The position numbers and the translations under genes are program-made. Below the pieces are notes generated by a model that was given only the letters and a program-made list of their open reading frames with translations, was not told the DNA's origin and did no database searches. A DNA stretch of 63,965 nucleotides, filler included, from Octopus bimaculoides (Eukaryota): the NCBI RefSeq assembly GCF_001194135.2. It is 6 parts of 6 records of this genome, joined end to end, with 100 filler letters (N's around TTAATTAATTAA, not from the genome) between each part and the next. Parts side by side here need not be neighbours in the genome. Positions count along the whole stretch, not along the records: positions 1 to 16,339 come from NC_068985.1; 5 more parts are not named here. The stretch is one strand, 5' to 3'. This document shows positions 1-11,408 of the stretch, piece by piece; position 1 is the first letter of the stretch, and each line of letters starts with the position of its first letter.

Positions 1-245
1 AACATTGGCAAATCTTTCCTTATCTGCTTCCCCTCTGGCTAAATAAACCTGTCGCCTAGCCTCCCTTCTGGCACATTGGTACAATTCCCTGCTACCACCG
101 TTCTTCCAGTCCTTCCAAGCTTGTTTCTTTTGTCTAATAGCCCTGTCTACCTCCTTGTTCCACCACCACGTTACTCTGGGTTGGGAGGGGACCTTACACC
201 ACCCACAAATCTGGTCGGTGGCTTTCAACAGGTTGTCCCGCAGAA
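1..245 (-). mobile_element. RTE-clade LINE internal fragment
   Basis: Visibly homologous to 30361-30600, inside the long minus-strand RTE copy (aacattggcaaatctttcct...ctcccctggct vs aacatcggcaaacttcctcc...ctcccctggct). Confidence 0.75.
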
Positions 246-251
246 ATCTCC

Positions 252-305
<54 letters not shown>
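252..305. repeat. (TA)n(TG)n compound microsatellite
   Basis: Direct reading. Confidence 0.95.
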
Positions 306-329
306 CATGTGACTGGCCAAACTATTAGC

Positions 330-560
330 TGTTGTTACACACCACTAGTCACAATACACTTTGCATCAATTTAGCCTTCGAATAATACTACCCCACTGAC
401 TAGTCAAGTAGATCAACATTCTCCCCTCATCAAAAGTGGGATTGGAGCAGCATGAAATAAAGTGTTTTGCCCTTGAGCACAATGCACCATCCAGTCTGAG
501 AATTAAACACACAATCTAGTGACTGTGAGTCCAACAGCCTAACCACTAGGTCATGCACCT
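330..560 (-). mobile_element. tRNA-derived SINE, decayed
   Basis: Minus strand begins ggtgcatgacctagtggttagg (A-box-like), then ...ggcaaaacactttatttcatgctgctcca, a central block shared with 44940-45020. Confidence 0.6.
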
Positions 561-577
561 TATATACATACATATAT

Positions 578-591
578 AGATAGATAGATAA

Positions 592-636
<45 letters not shown>

Positions 637-680
637 CAGATGGATAGATAGATAGATAGATAGTGTGTGTGTGTGTGTGC
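578..680. repeat. (ATAG)n(GT)n microsatellite
   Basis: Direct reading. Confidence 0.95.
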
Positions 681-971
681 CCACGTCGTCCCCCCCCCAC
701 TTGTCATTTTGATATTTCTTGATAATCATAAATAACATTAGTCTAAATTTTAGTTATATACCTCCATGCTTACTCCACATACAATAGCATCATCAGTATT
801 AGCAGATGTTGCAAATGACTAACAATAATTATAGCATCAATTATTCTTTGAAAAGCAGCAACAGTATTTTTCATCCCAAAACACATTTCACATGACTGAC
901 ACAAATTTTCCATACTTTCAAACCTGATATGAGATCAGTCACCAACATGCAATGGACTTGATAATTCTTCC

Positions 972-1108
972 TAACTTTAGTACAAAGCCAGCAATTTTGA
1001 AGGGAGGGAGGAATCGACTACATTGATTTCAGTGTTCAACAGATACTTATTTTATCAACCCTGAAAGAATGAAAACCAAAGTTGACCTTGGCAGTATTTG
1101 AATTCAGA
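972..1108 (-). mobile_element. SINE family B 3' fragment
   Basis: Matches the ...ttctgagttcaaattcc...gaggtcgactttgcctttcatcctttcggggtcgataa... family also at 7875, 39048, 51015, 54785 and 60985. Confidence 0.65.
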
Positions 1109-1924
1109 AGATAAAGTGCTGGAAGAGATACTGATAAGAATTTTGTCAAGTACAGTAATGATTTTGGTAGCTTGCCACTTTATGGTGGTACTTGGTGATA
1201 AGCTTATTTTTAAATTCAGCTTGCGAGAAAAATATATTTTAAAATGTTATTTACCAAAGTTGAAATGTGATCAACATTTCAGGAATAACCTCATACCATT
1301 ATCAGTCTATTAGAATATTTCACAACAACAATCTAGGCATGCCATAGAGAATCATGTACCTCTATTATCCTTTCTTTCAATTAATGGTTGGCTTCCTACA
1401 GCAGCCTCAACACCACCGCTACAACACCATCACCATCACTACATATGCACACAAAAAAATTGTTTGTCATTTTCAGGAGAAAAATCTACTTAGAATGAAT
1501 AGTAATAGATTTATATTTTTCATTGAAGTTCTTAAAAACTTGTAGATCAATAAGCATATAAGTTAGGCTACAAATCAAGAATGTAGGTGTATTGCTAAAT
1601 TTAATCTTGACATGGTGAAGAGATACACAACTTTGTTCCTATGATAAAGGTACTCAAAGACCATCCATTGTTGGAAATTTGATATTGTAAATGTTGTCAT
1701 TAAGAGAAACATCACAGATAATAAAACCCACTTGACTTTCTTGTCCATCAAAGAAACAGTAATTATTAGATAAGTGAAATTTAATAGACAATGTCCTATT
1801 AATCGCAAATGTCCTATTAATCGCAAATGATACCCTTGTCTAGACATCATGTGATGGTTGTAAATGAGCATCATTGTTATACAAGCAAGGTGTTCATTTC
1901 CAATCTTCTGTGAAAATGTGTCTA

Positions 1925-2060
1925 GCCATGTAAACTATTATCTTGTTTGAAAACTGGTGGTGGTCAGTTCAAAATCTGCCTCGACAAATTCTGTCTGCCC
2001 CATACAAGCATATAAAAGTAAACATTAATTGATGATGATGATCATGATGATGATGATGAT
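1925..2060 (+). mobile_element. RTE 3' tail fragment ending in (GAT)n
   Basis: Resembles the 3' end of the RTE at 26290-26435 (...acattaa + gatgatgat). Confidence 0.55.
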
Positions 2061-2913
2061 GTGATTTGAGGGAAAAAAGCTTGCTAATTCTAGCATTTTA
2101 ACTGTCAGACAGGTTAGATATATCTTTATTGAGTGATATATCTTTATTGATTTATTTTCACAGGCACATAGCACGATATTTACATGATTATATAGCCGCT
2201 TGCCAGTAGTGTACTACTGTGTGCAAGAAGCAAATGTAGTTCAAAGTTACATTAATAACAGAAAAGATTAGCTTTGGATGAGAGGCAGGAATAATGCTCT
2301 GTCCATCATAGTCAAATATTCCTTTAATTCAGGGCTAAGCTGCAACCAAGGAAACTTGTTGTCTGTGCATCTTACACGCACTTCTGATGTATTTATGACT
2401 AAGAATTGACTGGTTACTTATTTGAGTTGCATGGGATGTTATATTATATGTTATATTATAATATCATACATATTATGTATGAGCATGGAGCAGTGCAATG
2501 ATGTCAAATTGCTTTAAACACAAGTCGAGCAGGAACCATGAGTCATTTGTTTGTCTGTCTTCTATGAAATCATCTCTTGCCTCTACACTGACTCTGGCAC
2601 CCTTTTGCTTTTATTACCCTTCTTTATGTGGGAACATAATAGAACATTCTATGATATGGGGTAGCATTTCTGGAAGTTGATTAGTTAATATTCAGGACAC
2701 ATTGCCTGATCTAAGTATGGTCTGATCCTAGTTGCTGAAACTGTAAGGTTTAATTCTAAGTCTCCCAACATAACTGACAATGTAAAAGCTCTCTTATTTG
2801 CTCACACTGGAGGCATTATGTGTGACAAGTACAAAGTGCAATATATTAACAACTAGGTCATCATGCTAAACATTTTCAGACTCAGTCTCATTAATTAAAT
2901 AAATTGTACTTAC

Positions 2914-3100
2914 CTTGCGCTCTGGGCTGATTAGGGAATGGCGCATAATATCCTTTGGGCGGTTCATAATTAGGGGGTGGTTCATTAGGATATGGAGGAA
3001 CTGGTGTGCTATATGGTGCTGCCTGTACACTGTTTTCTTGTTGAGGAATCTGCGAATACGCTGGGGCTGAAGGTATTTGTGGATTCATTTGCAGTGGGAG
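2914..3100 (-). CDS. Candidate host coding exon, Pro/Tyr/Gln-rich N-terminal-type segment (MNPQIPSAPAYSQ...PPYPNEPPPNYEPPKGYYAPFPNQPRAQ)
   Basis: Minus-strand acceptor tttgcttgtcttttttatAG (3102-3101) and consensus donor CAAG|GTAAGT (2913). The frame is open across the exon, with ATG at 3088, 58 codons + 1 nt (phase 1), non-repetitive sequence and a protein-like Pro-rich composition. Confidence 0.65.
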
Positions 3101-3702
3101 CTATAAAAAAGACAAGCAAAATGACTAATGAACAAGTTGAAACAATGGCTTCTGATTTTGGCACAAAGCCAAAGCTTTTGGAGGGAAGGGTGTAGTTGAT
3201 GCCATTGACCTTACTACTTGACTATTACTTTCTTACACCAACTACAGAAAGATAGCAAATAAATATGAAATATGAGAAAATCTAGAATAAAAATACTTTG
3301 CCTTTGGTGAGAAATACGTCATCAAAGAAGAGATAATCTCTTTTCTTAACATAAACACCTTTAAATCCTTTCTTTTTCTTTCTATACAAAATAAAGTCCT
3401 TATTTTTTTTCTTTTTTCTTGTAGTCTTGGTAACCACAAATAGCACTATTTCAAATTTCTTGGGAATCATCAGCCCGATGTAACTCTAGACACAAGTTAA
3501 TTATGTTAAATTCAGCCTTCTTTGAAGTTACACATAAGAAATTAAGAGGGCAGATAGAAGACAGCAGATAGTTCATAATTCAAAAGGCATATTTAACTTA
3601 TTGCATGGCATCTTGGGCAAACGTTTCCCCTATAACCAACCAAAGTCATGTGAGTGAATTTGGTTTGCAGAAACTGAAACAAGCCTACCCCATATACATA
3701 TA

Positions 3703-4617
3703 TTGGGTCATCCCATAAATAATGTGGTTTTTCAATTGTATGAACTAAAAGTCAGAGGCGGGGGATAAACTACCTGCATCAACTTGCTATAAAAGCAGGT
3801 AATAATTTTACCTTGTATTTATTCTTAGTGCAAGTTTTGAAGAGTGCAGTTTTTAAGTTATTTTTTCAAAACTATAATAAAAGTGACAAAGGAGCATATT
3901 TGGCGTATTTTGCTTTATGAGTTCAATAAAGGTAACAGCAAAATGGAAAGTGTGAGGAATATTAATGCAGTATATGGGGATTGGAAAAATGTAAGCCAGT
4001 GCCAATGGTGGTTCCAGAAATTCCATGCTGGAAACTACATCCTAGAAGACAAGCCTTGCCTGGAAGATCTGTAGAACTCAATGAAGACACCCTGCAAACC
4101 CTAGTGGAACAAAATTCTGTTTAGGAACTAGCAGAGAAGCTTGGATTTGGTCATTCAAGCATTCATCGACCTCTGAGTGCAATCAGAAAAGTCAGCAAAT
4201 GGGTTCCTCACAAACTTTCCAAGTCTAATCATGTGCAGAGAGTGAATGTGTGCTCTTCTTTACTGTCACGTCTCACGAATGAACCTTTATTTGGATTGAA
4301 TAGTGACTGGTGATGAGAAATGGGTTCTCTGTAAAAATGTCAAGTGCCAAGGACAGTGGGTTGGGAAAGGAGAAACACCAGCATCCCAGGCAGGCTAAAG
4401 AAGGTCTTCACCCACATAAGGTGTTGTTATCTGTTTGGTGGGATATGAAAGGTTTAGTCCACTTTGAACTTTTAAACCCAAACCAAACAATAACAAAGGA
4501 GATCTACTGTGAGCAGCTTAAGTCAGTGCTAGAAGAAAAACAACCATCTTTGGTTTCAAGATGAAAGGGGTTCTTCCATCAGGATAATGCTCAGTCACAT
4601 ACAACAAGGATGACTCT
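3703..4617 (+). mobile_element. mariner transposon, 5' TIR plus 3'-truncated transposase pseudogene
   Basis: TA|TTGGGTCATCCCATAAAT TIR; translation VTKEHIWRILLYEFNKG...WVPHKL...VTGDEKW...HKVLLSVWWDMKG...HQDNA with stops and frameshifts. Same family as 19489-20730. Confidence 0.9.
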
Positions 4618-4631
4618 AGCAGATGAGGTGT

Positions 4632-4681
4632 CTAGTACTGAAGAGAAGCAGAAATAGCCTGAAATGAGGCTGGTCTGCTGG
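4632..4681 (+). ncRNA. Hammerhead-ribozyme-like motif (type I), helix II decayed
   Basis: CTAGTA-CTGAAGA(4638-4644)...GAAA...GTC(4673-4675)-TGCTGG. Helix I is 6 bp with two G-U pairs; helix II is imperfect. Confidence 0.45.
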
Positions 4682-5469
4682 TCCAGTCACTAGAAGGTGG
4701 TAGAGGATCGCTCCCTTGCTCACAATCTCTTGGATGCAGCTGTCCATCGTTAACCAGCTAGAGGAGATATCCTCTTTGGGTTAAAAAGTTGCAGTAATGT
4801 CCATTCGAATAGACAGCCATGTTGAAGTGGCTACAAACATTACGTGCTCCAGCATGGCCGCAGTCAAATGACTGAAACAAGTAAAAGAGTAAAAGAGAGA
4901 GTCAAGAGATGGTTAAAACAACAGACTGGTAAGATAGTGTACGCAAATATAAGTAAATAAGTACTGGGGCTGATTCACTTGACAAAATTTCTCCAAAGCA
5001 GTGTTCCAGCATGGCCATCATCTAATAATTGAAACAAGTAAAAGATAACAGATAAATGGTAATATATCCATTTGGCCAGTTGGTTTATAAGAGAAAAACC
5101 TTCAACCAGATAGGGTGATGAGGGAAATAGCGAGTTAGCTTTTATGGAACTCATTCTTGTCTAAATTATTAACTGTTGACAGATTTGGAGATAAAAACTA
5201 TAATTTTAAAAATGTAGAAGAGAAAGTAGTAGTGTTTGTGGCCTTCTGAATGACATCTGCTATGTAACTGAAGTAAAAATCATTTCAACCAGGAAATAAA
5301 TTTGTGCACTTATATAGTTTGCTGTGTGATTATCTCTTGCTGTGATTACCTTTTGCTCTAAATAAAGCATGGAAAACATACTTAAGATGACAAGGATTGT
5401 AATTATGATAATGATGCGTGTCACTCATCTACTAGAGCAAAGAGGTGCCACTTAAACACTTTATCTACC

Positions 5470-5585
5470 CATCTATTATACAGTATGAACTCATGAAGCT
5501 ATAGCAGAAGTTCCATGTAGTGGGACTGAACCTGGAAGTATGTGGTTGGTAAGCAAATGTCTTACCACACAGCCATGCCTGTGCC
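5470..5585 (-). mobile_element. SINE family A 5' head fragment
   Basis: Reverse complement of the ggcgcaggagtggctgtgtggtaag... head seen intact at 13600-13734. Confidence 0.65.
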
Positions 5586-5989
5586 TAAACTTCAAGTATG
5601 ACGTCTAGTTGATTATTTTAACCTTTTGTGCCACTCTATCGCCTTTAATTCCAATTTGTTAATCCTGTACGTGTAGCCATGACCATGTGGTTAAGAAATT
5701 TTCTTTGGAATTACATGGTCAAGGGTTTGATCCCACTGCATGAAAGTTTTCAGCTAATGTTCTAATGTGTGTGTGTGTGGCTTCATATTTTCTTCTTATC
5801 TTTACATGTCTGCTGACTATAAGCAACACAACAACGATGTTAACAATACATATGGTGTTATATGCTTGCAGTCAACAGTGACAGCGTGTTTAGGCTTCTT
5901 GACATGTTGTGCCATCTTTGTAAACAAAAACACTTGTAACTATGTCCAGGCTGTTTGTTGTTCAGTAGACTAGGTGATTGTTACCTTGT

Positions 5990-6120
5990 TGGCAAACAGC
6001 CGAGGGTTGGCAACAGGATGAGTGTCTGACTGTAGAAAAACTGCCTCAACAAATTCCAACTGACCCATACAAAATGGGGGGAAAATGGACATTAAAATGA
6101 AGATGATAATGATGATGACA
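5990..6120 (+). mobile_element. RTE 3' tail fragment
   Basis: ggttggcaacaggatgagtgtctgactgtagaaa...ggacattaaaatgaagatgat(gat)n. Confidence 0.55.
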
Positions 6121-6143
6121 ACAATGGGGTTTTAACATTTGCT

Positions 6144-6231
6144 CTTTCACCTTTGATTTGTGTTACTCTCTCACTTTTGATTTGTGTTACTCTCTCACTT
6201 TTGATTTGTGTTACTCTCTCACTTTTGATTT
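6144..6231. repeat. 24-bp tandem repeat (ctctcacttttgatttgtgttact), about 3.6 copies
   Basis: Direct reading. Confidence 0.9.
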
Positions 6232-7168
6232 CTAATTTGATTGTCTACTTACATTATAATAGGGACCCTCAAGATGGTGTAGGTCATGTTTGGAAAGCTA
6301 TATGATAACTAAAACACTCTTTAAAATAATTGCCTCATTATTATCACATCACATCAGAANNNNNNNNNNNNNNNCCCCCCCCAACTAGTCTAGTCTTGCA
6401 ATTGTATTCATTTTCCCAGTGAAGAGCCAGCCTTGTCCCATTATCTTTAGTGATGTACAAGTTTGTAAAACATCAGCTCACCAGAGCTGGCTATTTTTGT
6501 TGATATTTGCTTTATGCCTTACCATTTCCATTGTTTTCATTGATAATTGCTATGGTTGATGATTGTCTAAACTATTTACACAGCTGACAAGCTTCATTAA
6601 TCTAATGAACAGAAACAGGAATTAATGCTAGTAGAAAAACAAATGGGCCTATGTTAATCTCTATCATTGAATAATAACAGAAATAGATTTATATTTTCAA
6701 GGACATCATGGATTCATGTCACCAGTGATTACCACTGGTTTCTCTATCATTGTCCATCAATCAGATGAATTGGAGAAGTGGCATGTCTCCTCAGGAATGG
6801 GATGATAGTTATCTGTAGATACTTTCCTGAAACCTTAATCCTTTGCTCATTAAACTGAAATTACTGTAATAGGGTGTCTGTTTAGAGCATATGTCATTGA
6901 TGTGAATGCAAATGGCAATGAAAGGACTCTAATAAACCTAGCTGATTGAGTGATTGACCAAATGATCCATCAAATAAACCAATAAGGTAATTGGTTAAAA
7001 GGCTAACCAATTGACTAATAATAATAAAAAACTCAAATAGAACTAGTGCATGAATTTATTATTAACATAATGACCCTCCCTAGATACCAGAAAATCTCTT
7101 TCAAGAGACTTTTTTCCATGAGGAACCTTGCAAATCAAATGCAAAAATGATAGACGATCAATACAAGC

Positions 7169-7212
<44 letters not shown>

Positions 7213-7214
7213 GA

Positions 7215-7350
7215 GAATATACAAATAATAACAACAGACGAGGACAGGTGGTGTAAATAACAAAAGTATATATTAGTATGATGCTCGGGAATACGGAAAG
7301 TCTTTGACGTTTCGAGCTACGCTCTTCAACAGAAAGAATACGGAGACATA
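7215..7350 (-). mobile_element. Probable Penelope-like terminal-repeat fragment
   Basis: Carries a minimal hammerhead-like motif (7301-7337) of the type known from Penelope-like element termini; the family assignment is inferred from that. Confidence 0.45.
7301..7337 (-). ncRNA. Minimal type-I hammerhead-like motif, core variant CUGUUGA
   Basis: Minus strand: TCTTT-CTGTTGA-A-GAGC-GTA-GCTC-GAAA-CGTC-AAAGA. Perfect 5-bp helix I, 4-bp helix II, GUC site. Confidence 0.6.
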
Positions 7351-7439
7351 TGTGTTTCTCTCTTTTGAGTATTGAACTCATTTGTTTTCATATTTCATGT
7401 TGTTTACTGTTAGTAACATCATGTACTCATATATGCATA

Positions 7440-7463
7440 TGTGTCTCTGTGTGTGCATGTCTT

Positions 7464-7494
<31 letters not shown>

Positions 7495-7860
7495 CTTTGT
7501 GTGTGTGTGCCTTTGTGTGTGTGTGTGTCCTTGTGTGTGCATGTCTTTATGTGTGTGTGTGTGTGTTTGTGTCTTTGTGTGTGTGTTTGTGTCTGTGTGT
7601 GTGTGTCTTTGTATGTGTGTGTGTGTGTGTGTGTGTATGTGACTTTGTATGTGTGCGTGTGTCTTTGTGTTTGTCACCCACCACTACTTGACAAATGGCA
7701 TTGGTTTGTTTATGTCCCCATAGTTTAGCAGTTTAACAAAAAGAGACTGAAAGAATAATTAGCAGGCTTAAATAAGTACAAGGGGTCGATTTGTTTGACT
7801 AAGCCCTTCAAGGTTGCACACCAGCATGGCTACTGTCAAAAGACTGAAACAAATAAAAGA
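7440..7860 (+). mobile_element. SINE family A 3' half preceded by an expanded imperfect (TG)n tract
   Basis: 7665-7860 matches the family A tail (...aaagagactgaaagaataa...ggggtcgatttgtttgact...ccagcatggc...gactgaaacaaataaaaga). Confidence 0.7.
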
Positions 7861-8034
7861 AAAAGGTTTCTTCTAGTCCTCTATGTTCTGAGTTCAAATT
7901 CCACTGAGGTCGACTTTGCCTTTTCTCTTTTTGGGATCAATAATCAATCAATCTCTATTGCCTAACCACTAGCTTTGCTAATTTTTATTTATTTATTTAG
8001 TTAGTTACAATTTCATTTCACCCTGTTTCTAACA

Positions 8035-8660
8035 TTAACCCTTTAGCATTTAAACCACATCCAGCCAAAATTTTTCATCTGTTTTATGTTCAAACCAACC
8101 AGATCTGTCCTGTCACACCTACCCTTCAATGTCATTCTTAAAATATACAATTACATAAATAAAATCTCAAAGCTACAAGATAATACATGATTAATTCAAA
8201 ACATTGTGAATAAGTAAGCATTACATTTGATAGAGTGATCGTAATGTTGTTGTTGTTGGCACTCCGTCGCTTACGACATCGAGGGTTCCAGTTGATCCGA
8301 TCAACAGAACAACCTGCTCGTGAAATTAACGTGCAAGTGGCTGAGCACTCCACAGACACGTGTATCCTTAACGTAGTTCTCGGGGATATTCAGCGTGACA
8401 CAGTGTGACAAGGCTGACCCTTTGAATTACAGGCACAACAGAAACAGGAAGAAAGAGTGAGAGAAAGTTGTGGTGGAAGAGTACAGCAGGGTTCGCCACC
8501 ATCCCCTGCCGGAGCCTCGTGGAGCTTTAGGTGTTTTCGCTCAATAAACACTCACAACGCCCTATCTGGGAATCGAAACCACGGTCCTATGACCACGAGT
8601 CCGCTGCCCTAACCACTAGGCCATTGCGCCTCCACAGTAATCTTAATACTGAAGGGTTAA
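8035..8660. mobile_element. piggyBac-like MITE (TTAA-CCCT...AGGG-TTAA) interrupted by a SINE
   Basis: Left end TTAA|CCCTTTAGCATT (8035), right end AATACTGAAGGG|TTAA (8660): imperfect TIR with TTAA flanks. Confidence 0.7.
8246..8635 (-). mobile_element. tRNA-derived SINE family C, full length
   Basis: Head gtggaggcgcaatggcctagtggttaggg (A box)...ggtttcgattccc (B box), with a (CAA)n tail. A highly similar copy lies at 63266-63655. Confidence 0.9.
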
Positions 8661-9044
8661 TTGAGAAAAACAATAAAAGACTTTAACTTAGAAATGAAAG
8701 CTAAGTGCTTCAGTAAATAATGGAGATAGTCCCAACAGAGTTGTAACAGCAACATTAAACACAGTGTCCTGTTGAAAGACAGCAGCAAGAATATGACCTC
8801 TGTCAGGCAAGGTGACTAATGATTGACACAACACTTACTTAATCTGTTGAATCATCACCTACATAAGCTCTATCTTTGATCATAGATGGCAATTAACAAA
8901 AGAATTCTTAATTGCAGTATTGTATAAGTTATTAGCAAAAATTCCCAGTCTTAGTTATTCATTTCAGTGCTGTTATTTGTATTTATTTTATTGTTTTGCT
9001 TTGTTGTTTTTTCTTTCTGTTTTGTACTTCTGTATTTTCTAGTT

Positions 9045-9646
9045 AAAGAAAAATGTCATCAGCATCATTATCACCACTGCCACAAGCAAGACCAAAACTG
9101 AAGACATCAACCCCATTATTTCCATCTGTGAGAGAATGTCTTCCAGATATTATCTTCCCATGAGGCATGATACAGTGGTCAGAACAGTCTGGAACAGGAT
9201 AACAAAAAAGAGAATACCTATAAATGAAGTTTACCATATTGAGACTGATAGGTCAATAGAATTTGGTGGAACTTGAAAATTAAAACAGCCACCAAGTTAA
9301 AACACAAACAGCCAGATATTGTTGTGTGGGACCACAAAGAAAAGACATGTTCAGTTGTAGAAATCAGCTGCCCCTGGACACCAATGTGGTTAGAAAAATA
9401 CAAGAGAAAGAGAGCATTTATGGACCATTGATAAGGAGTTTGCAAATCCAGTACCCAAGATACACTTTCAATTTCATACCTATTATTATTGGAGCAACAG
9501 GACACATACCAATCCATCTGGAGCAAGGTATAGGTAAGTTTGGAATTTTGGGGAGAGAATACATATTCCTAATTCATATACTACAAAAGATCACAATATA
9601 TGGGGCCATAGAAATGTGCAAAACTTTCTTAAGATTTAAAGGATGA
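9045..9646 (+). mobile_element. REL-endonuclease non-LTR retrotransposon 3' fragment (R2/R4/NeSL-type)
   Basis: Frameshifted translation: EDINPIISICERMSSRYYLPMRHD...KQPDIVVWDHKEKTCSVVEISCP.DTNVVRKIQEKESIY...IPIIIGATG. Shows the RHD motif and a PD-(D/E)xK restriction-like endonuclease. Confidence 0.8.
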
Positions 9647-10035
9647 TGGTTATATCAAGATACTTTCCTTCACAACCTTGCTACCAAATCAGTGGGTGAT
9701 CAAAATTTACTCTAAATTAAAAGAGATAGAAAATGCATTTAATATATTTATACACCTATATGTATGTATATCACACACACACACACACACATGCATACAT
9801 ACATATGTATGTACACATATACATACATACATACAAACATACATGCATACATACATACATACACACATACTTGTGAAAGATGTCTGCATCTTCTTGGTGT
9901 ACTTCTTGCTTATATTCTTATGTACAAAACTACCCTATTGTTGATGTTGAAATTCCAAAGAAGGAGCTTTGGGTCTAGGTTAGAAACTGACTCTTTCTCT
10001 ATTGGCAAGAAATCTTGAAATAAAACTGACTGACT

Positions 10036-10113
<78 letters not shown>

Positions 10114-10329
10114 CACTCACTGCCTAAATACCAATCTTGAGAAATTAGACTTCTCAAAACCAGAAAGGAGAAAGATAATTCGAAGACTACAGATCCAATC
10201 CATCACTGGAACTGTAAAAATCTGTAAAATTTTCCAGAAGTTTAACACTTAAATATATATGAACATGTCTTGATATGTAACTATATGCATGAGAATACAT
10301 ACATAAAACATACAAATCTGTACATACAT

Positions 10330-10692
10330 ACATACATTCTTCCACTTTTGAAGCACCCATGTGACTCAAAAAATTATGTACAACCCATTGCCTCATTGCT
10401 GTAAGCTTGCCAAAGCATGTTCAATGTCTCTGTAGCAGACTTCCCAAGTTTAACACAAAATTCCATGTTGGCTCTTTGTTCCAACTTCCTGTTAATGACA
10501 AAATCACAGACTACAGCATACATGTGATCACAAAAACACAAATTTCACAACTTGTGAAGTAAACACAGCAATGTCTCTCAGCACACTGCCACATGAAGAT
10601 CACTGCTAGCTCTCACTACACACACAACTGCATGCTGCCATCTGTTGGTATGCTACAGAACTAATCCAGGAACTTTTTAATACCATCACATA
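10330..10692 (-). mobile_element. mariner 5' fragment
   Basis: Minus strand LEQRANMEFCVKLGKSATETLNMLWQAYSNEAM...FKSGR (mariner HTH region), preceded by TIR-like TA...aaaaagttcctgga. Confidence 0.75.
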
Positions 10693-11408
10693 TGAGAGTT
10701 TAGTGAATGCATAATGGTTGCTGACTCTGGTTAACTAATACTATTGTGGTATCAGATATTTAAGTAGTACCACTCACTTCAACTTTAAGATATGTTATAT
10801 TGAGCTTGTGAAGCAAAGAAACTAAAGACAGGTCAGTGTCAGCAAAAAGTAAGTACAAAGCCTAGTTTCTCACAAAACTCAAAAATATTAGTTTACCATG
10901 GGGAACAAAACAGTCTAATTCATTCTAGTGTTGAGTTTATTTTCTTTCTTTCTTTTTTTTTTTTTTTGCCTTGTAGATAGAATTTGGAGAAGTGAAATTA
11001 TCAGGAGATCTGTTGTATGCATATATCCTCATCATGATCATCATCATCATCTCGGGGAGATGAAAATTAAAAGAAGCCTATTGTGTGCGTCTGTGTGTAC
11101 ATGTGAGTGTGTGTGCATGTATGTGCATGTGCATGCGTGTGTGTGTGCATGTGTGTGTGTGTGTGTGTGTGTACCTGGGTGCACATGTGTGTATGTGTAT
11201 GTATGTTTGTGTGTAGATGTGTGTATGTGTGTGTGTGTATGTTTGTGTGTGTATTTGTGTGTTTATATGTATGTGTGTGTTTGAGTCTGTCCTTAATCTT
11301 AACAAGCATTTACCATCATAGAGGTAGGGTCAATCATTCCCAATCTTCTATGAAAACATGTCCAGCCATCAAGTAGTATCATCTTAGTATCATCAAGTAG
11401 TATCATCT

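Noticed and set aside
1575-1874. 99-aa minus-strand ORF with a hydrophobic stretch
   Set aside because: No convincing splice donor or family motif, and it contains an 18-bp tandem duplication (1790-1825). An alternative frame with scramblase-like words is broken by stops.
9000-9045. Strong plus-strand splice acceptor at the start of the REL fragment (also 10976)
   Set aside because: The downstream frames are interrupted and no matching donor was found; exonisation cannot be supported.
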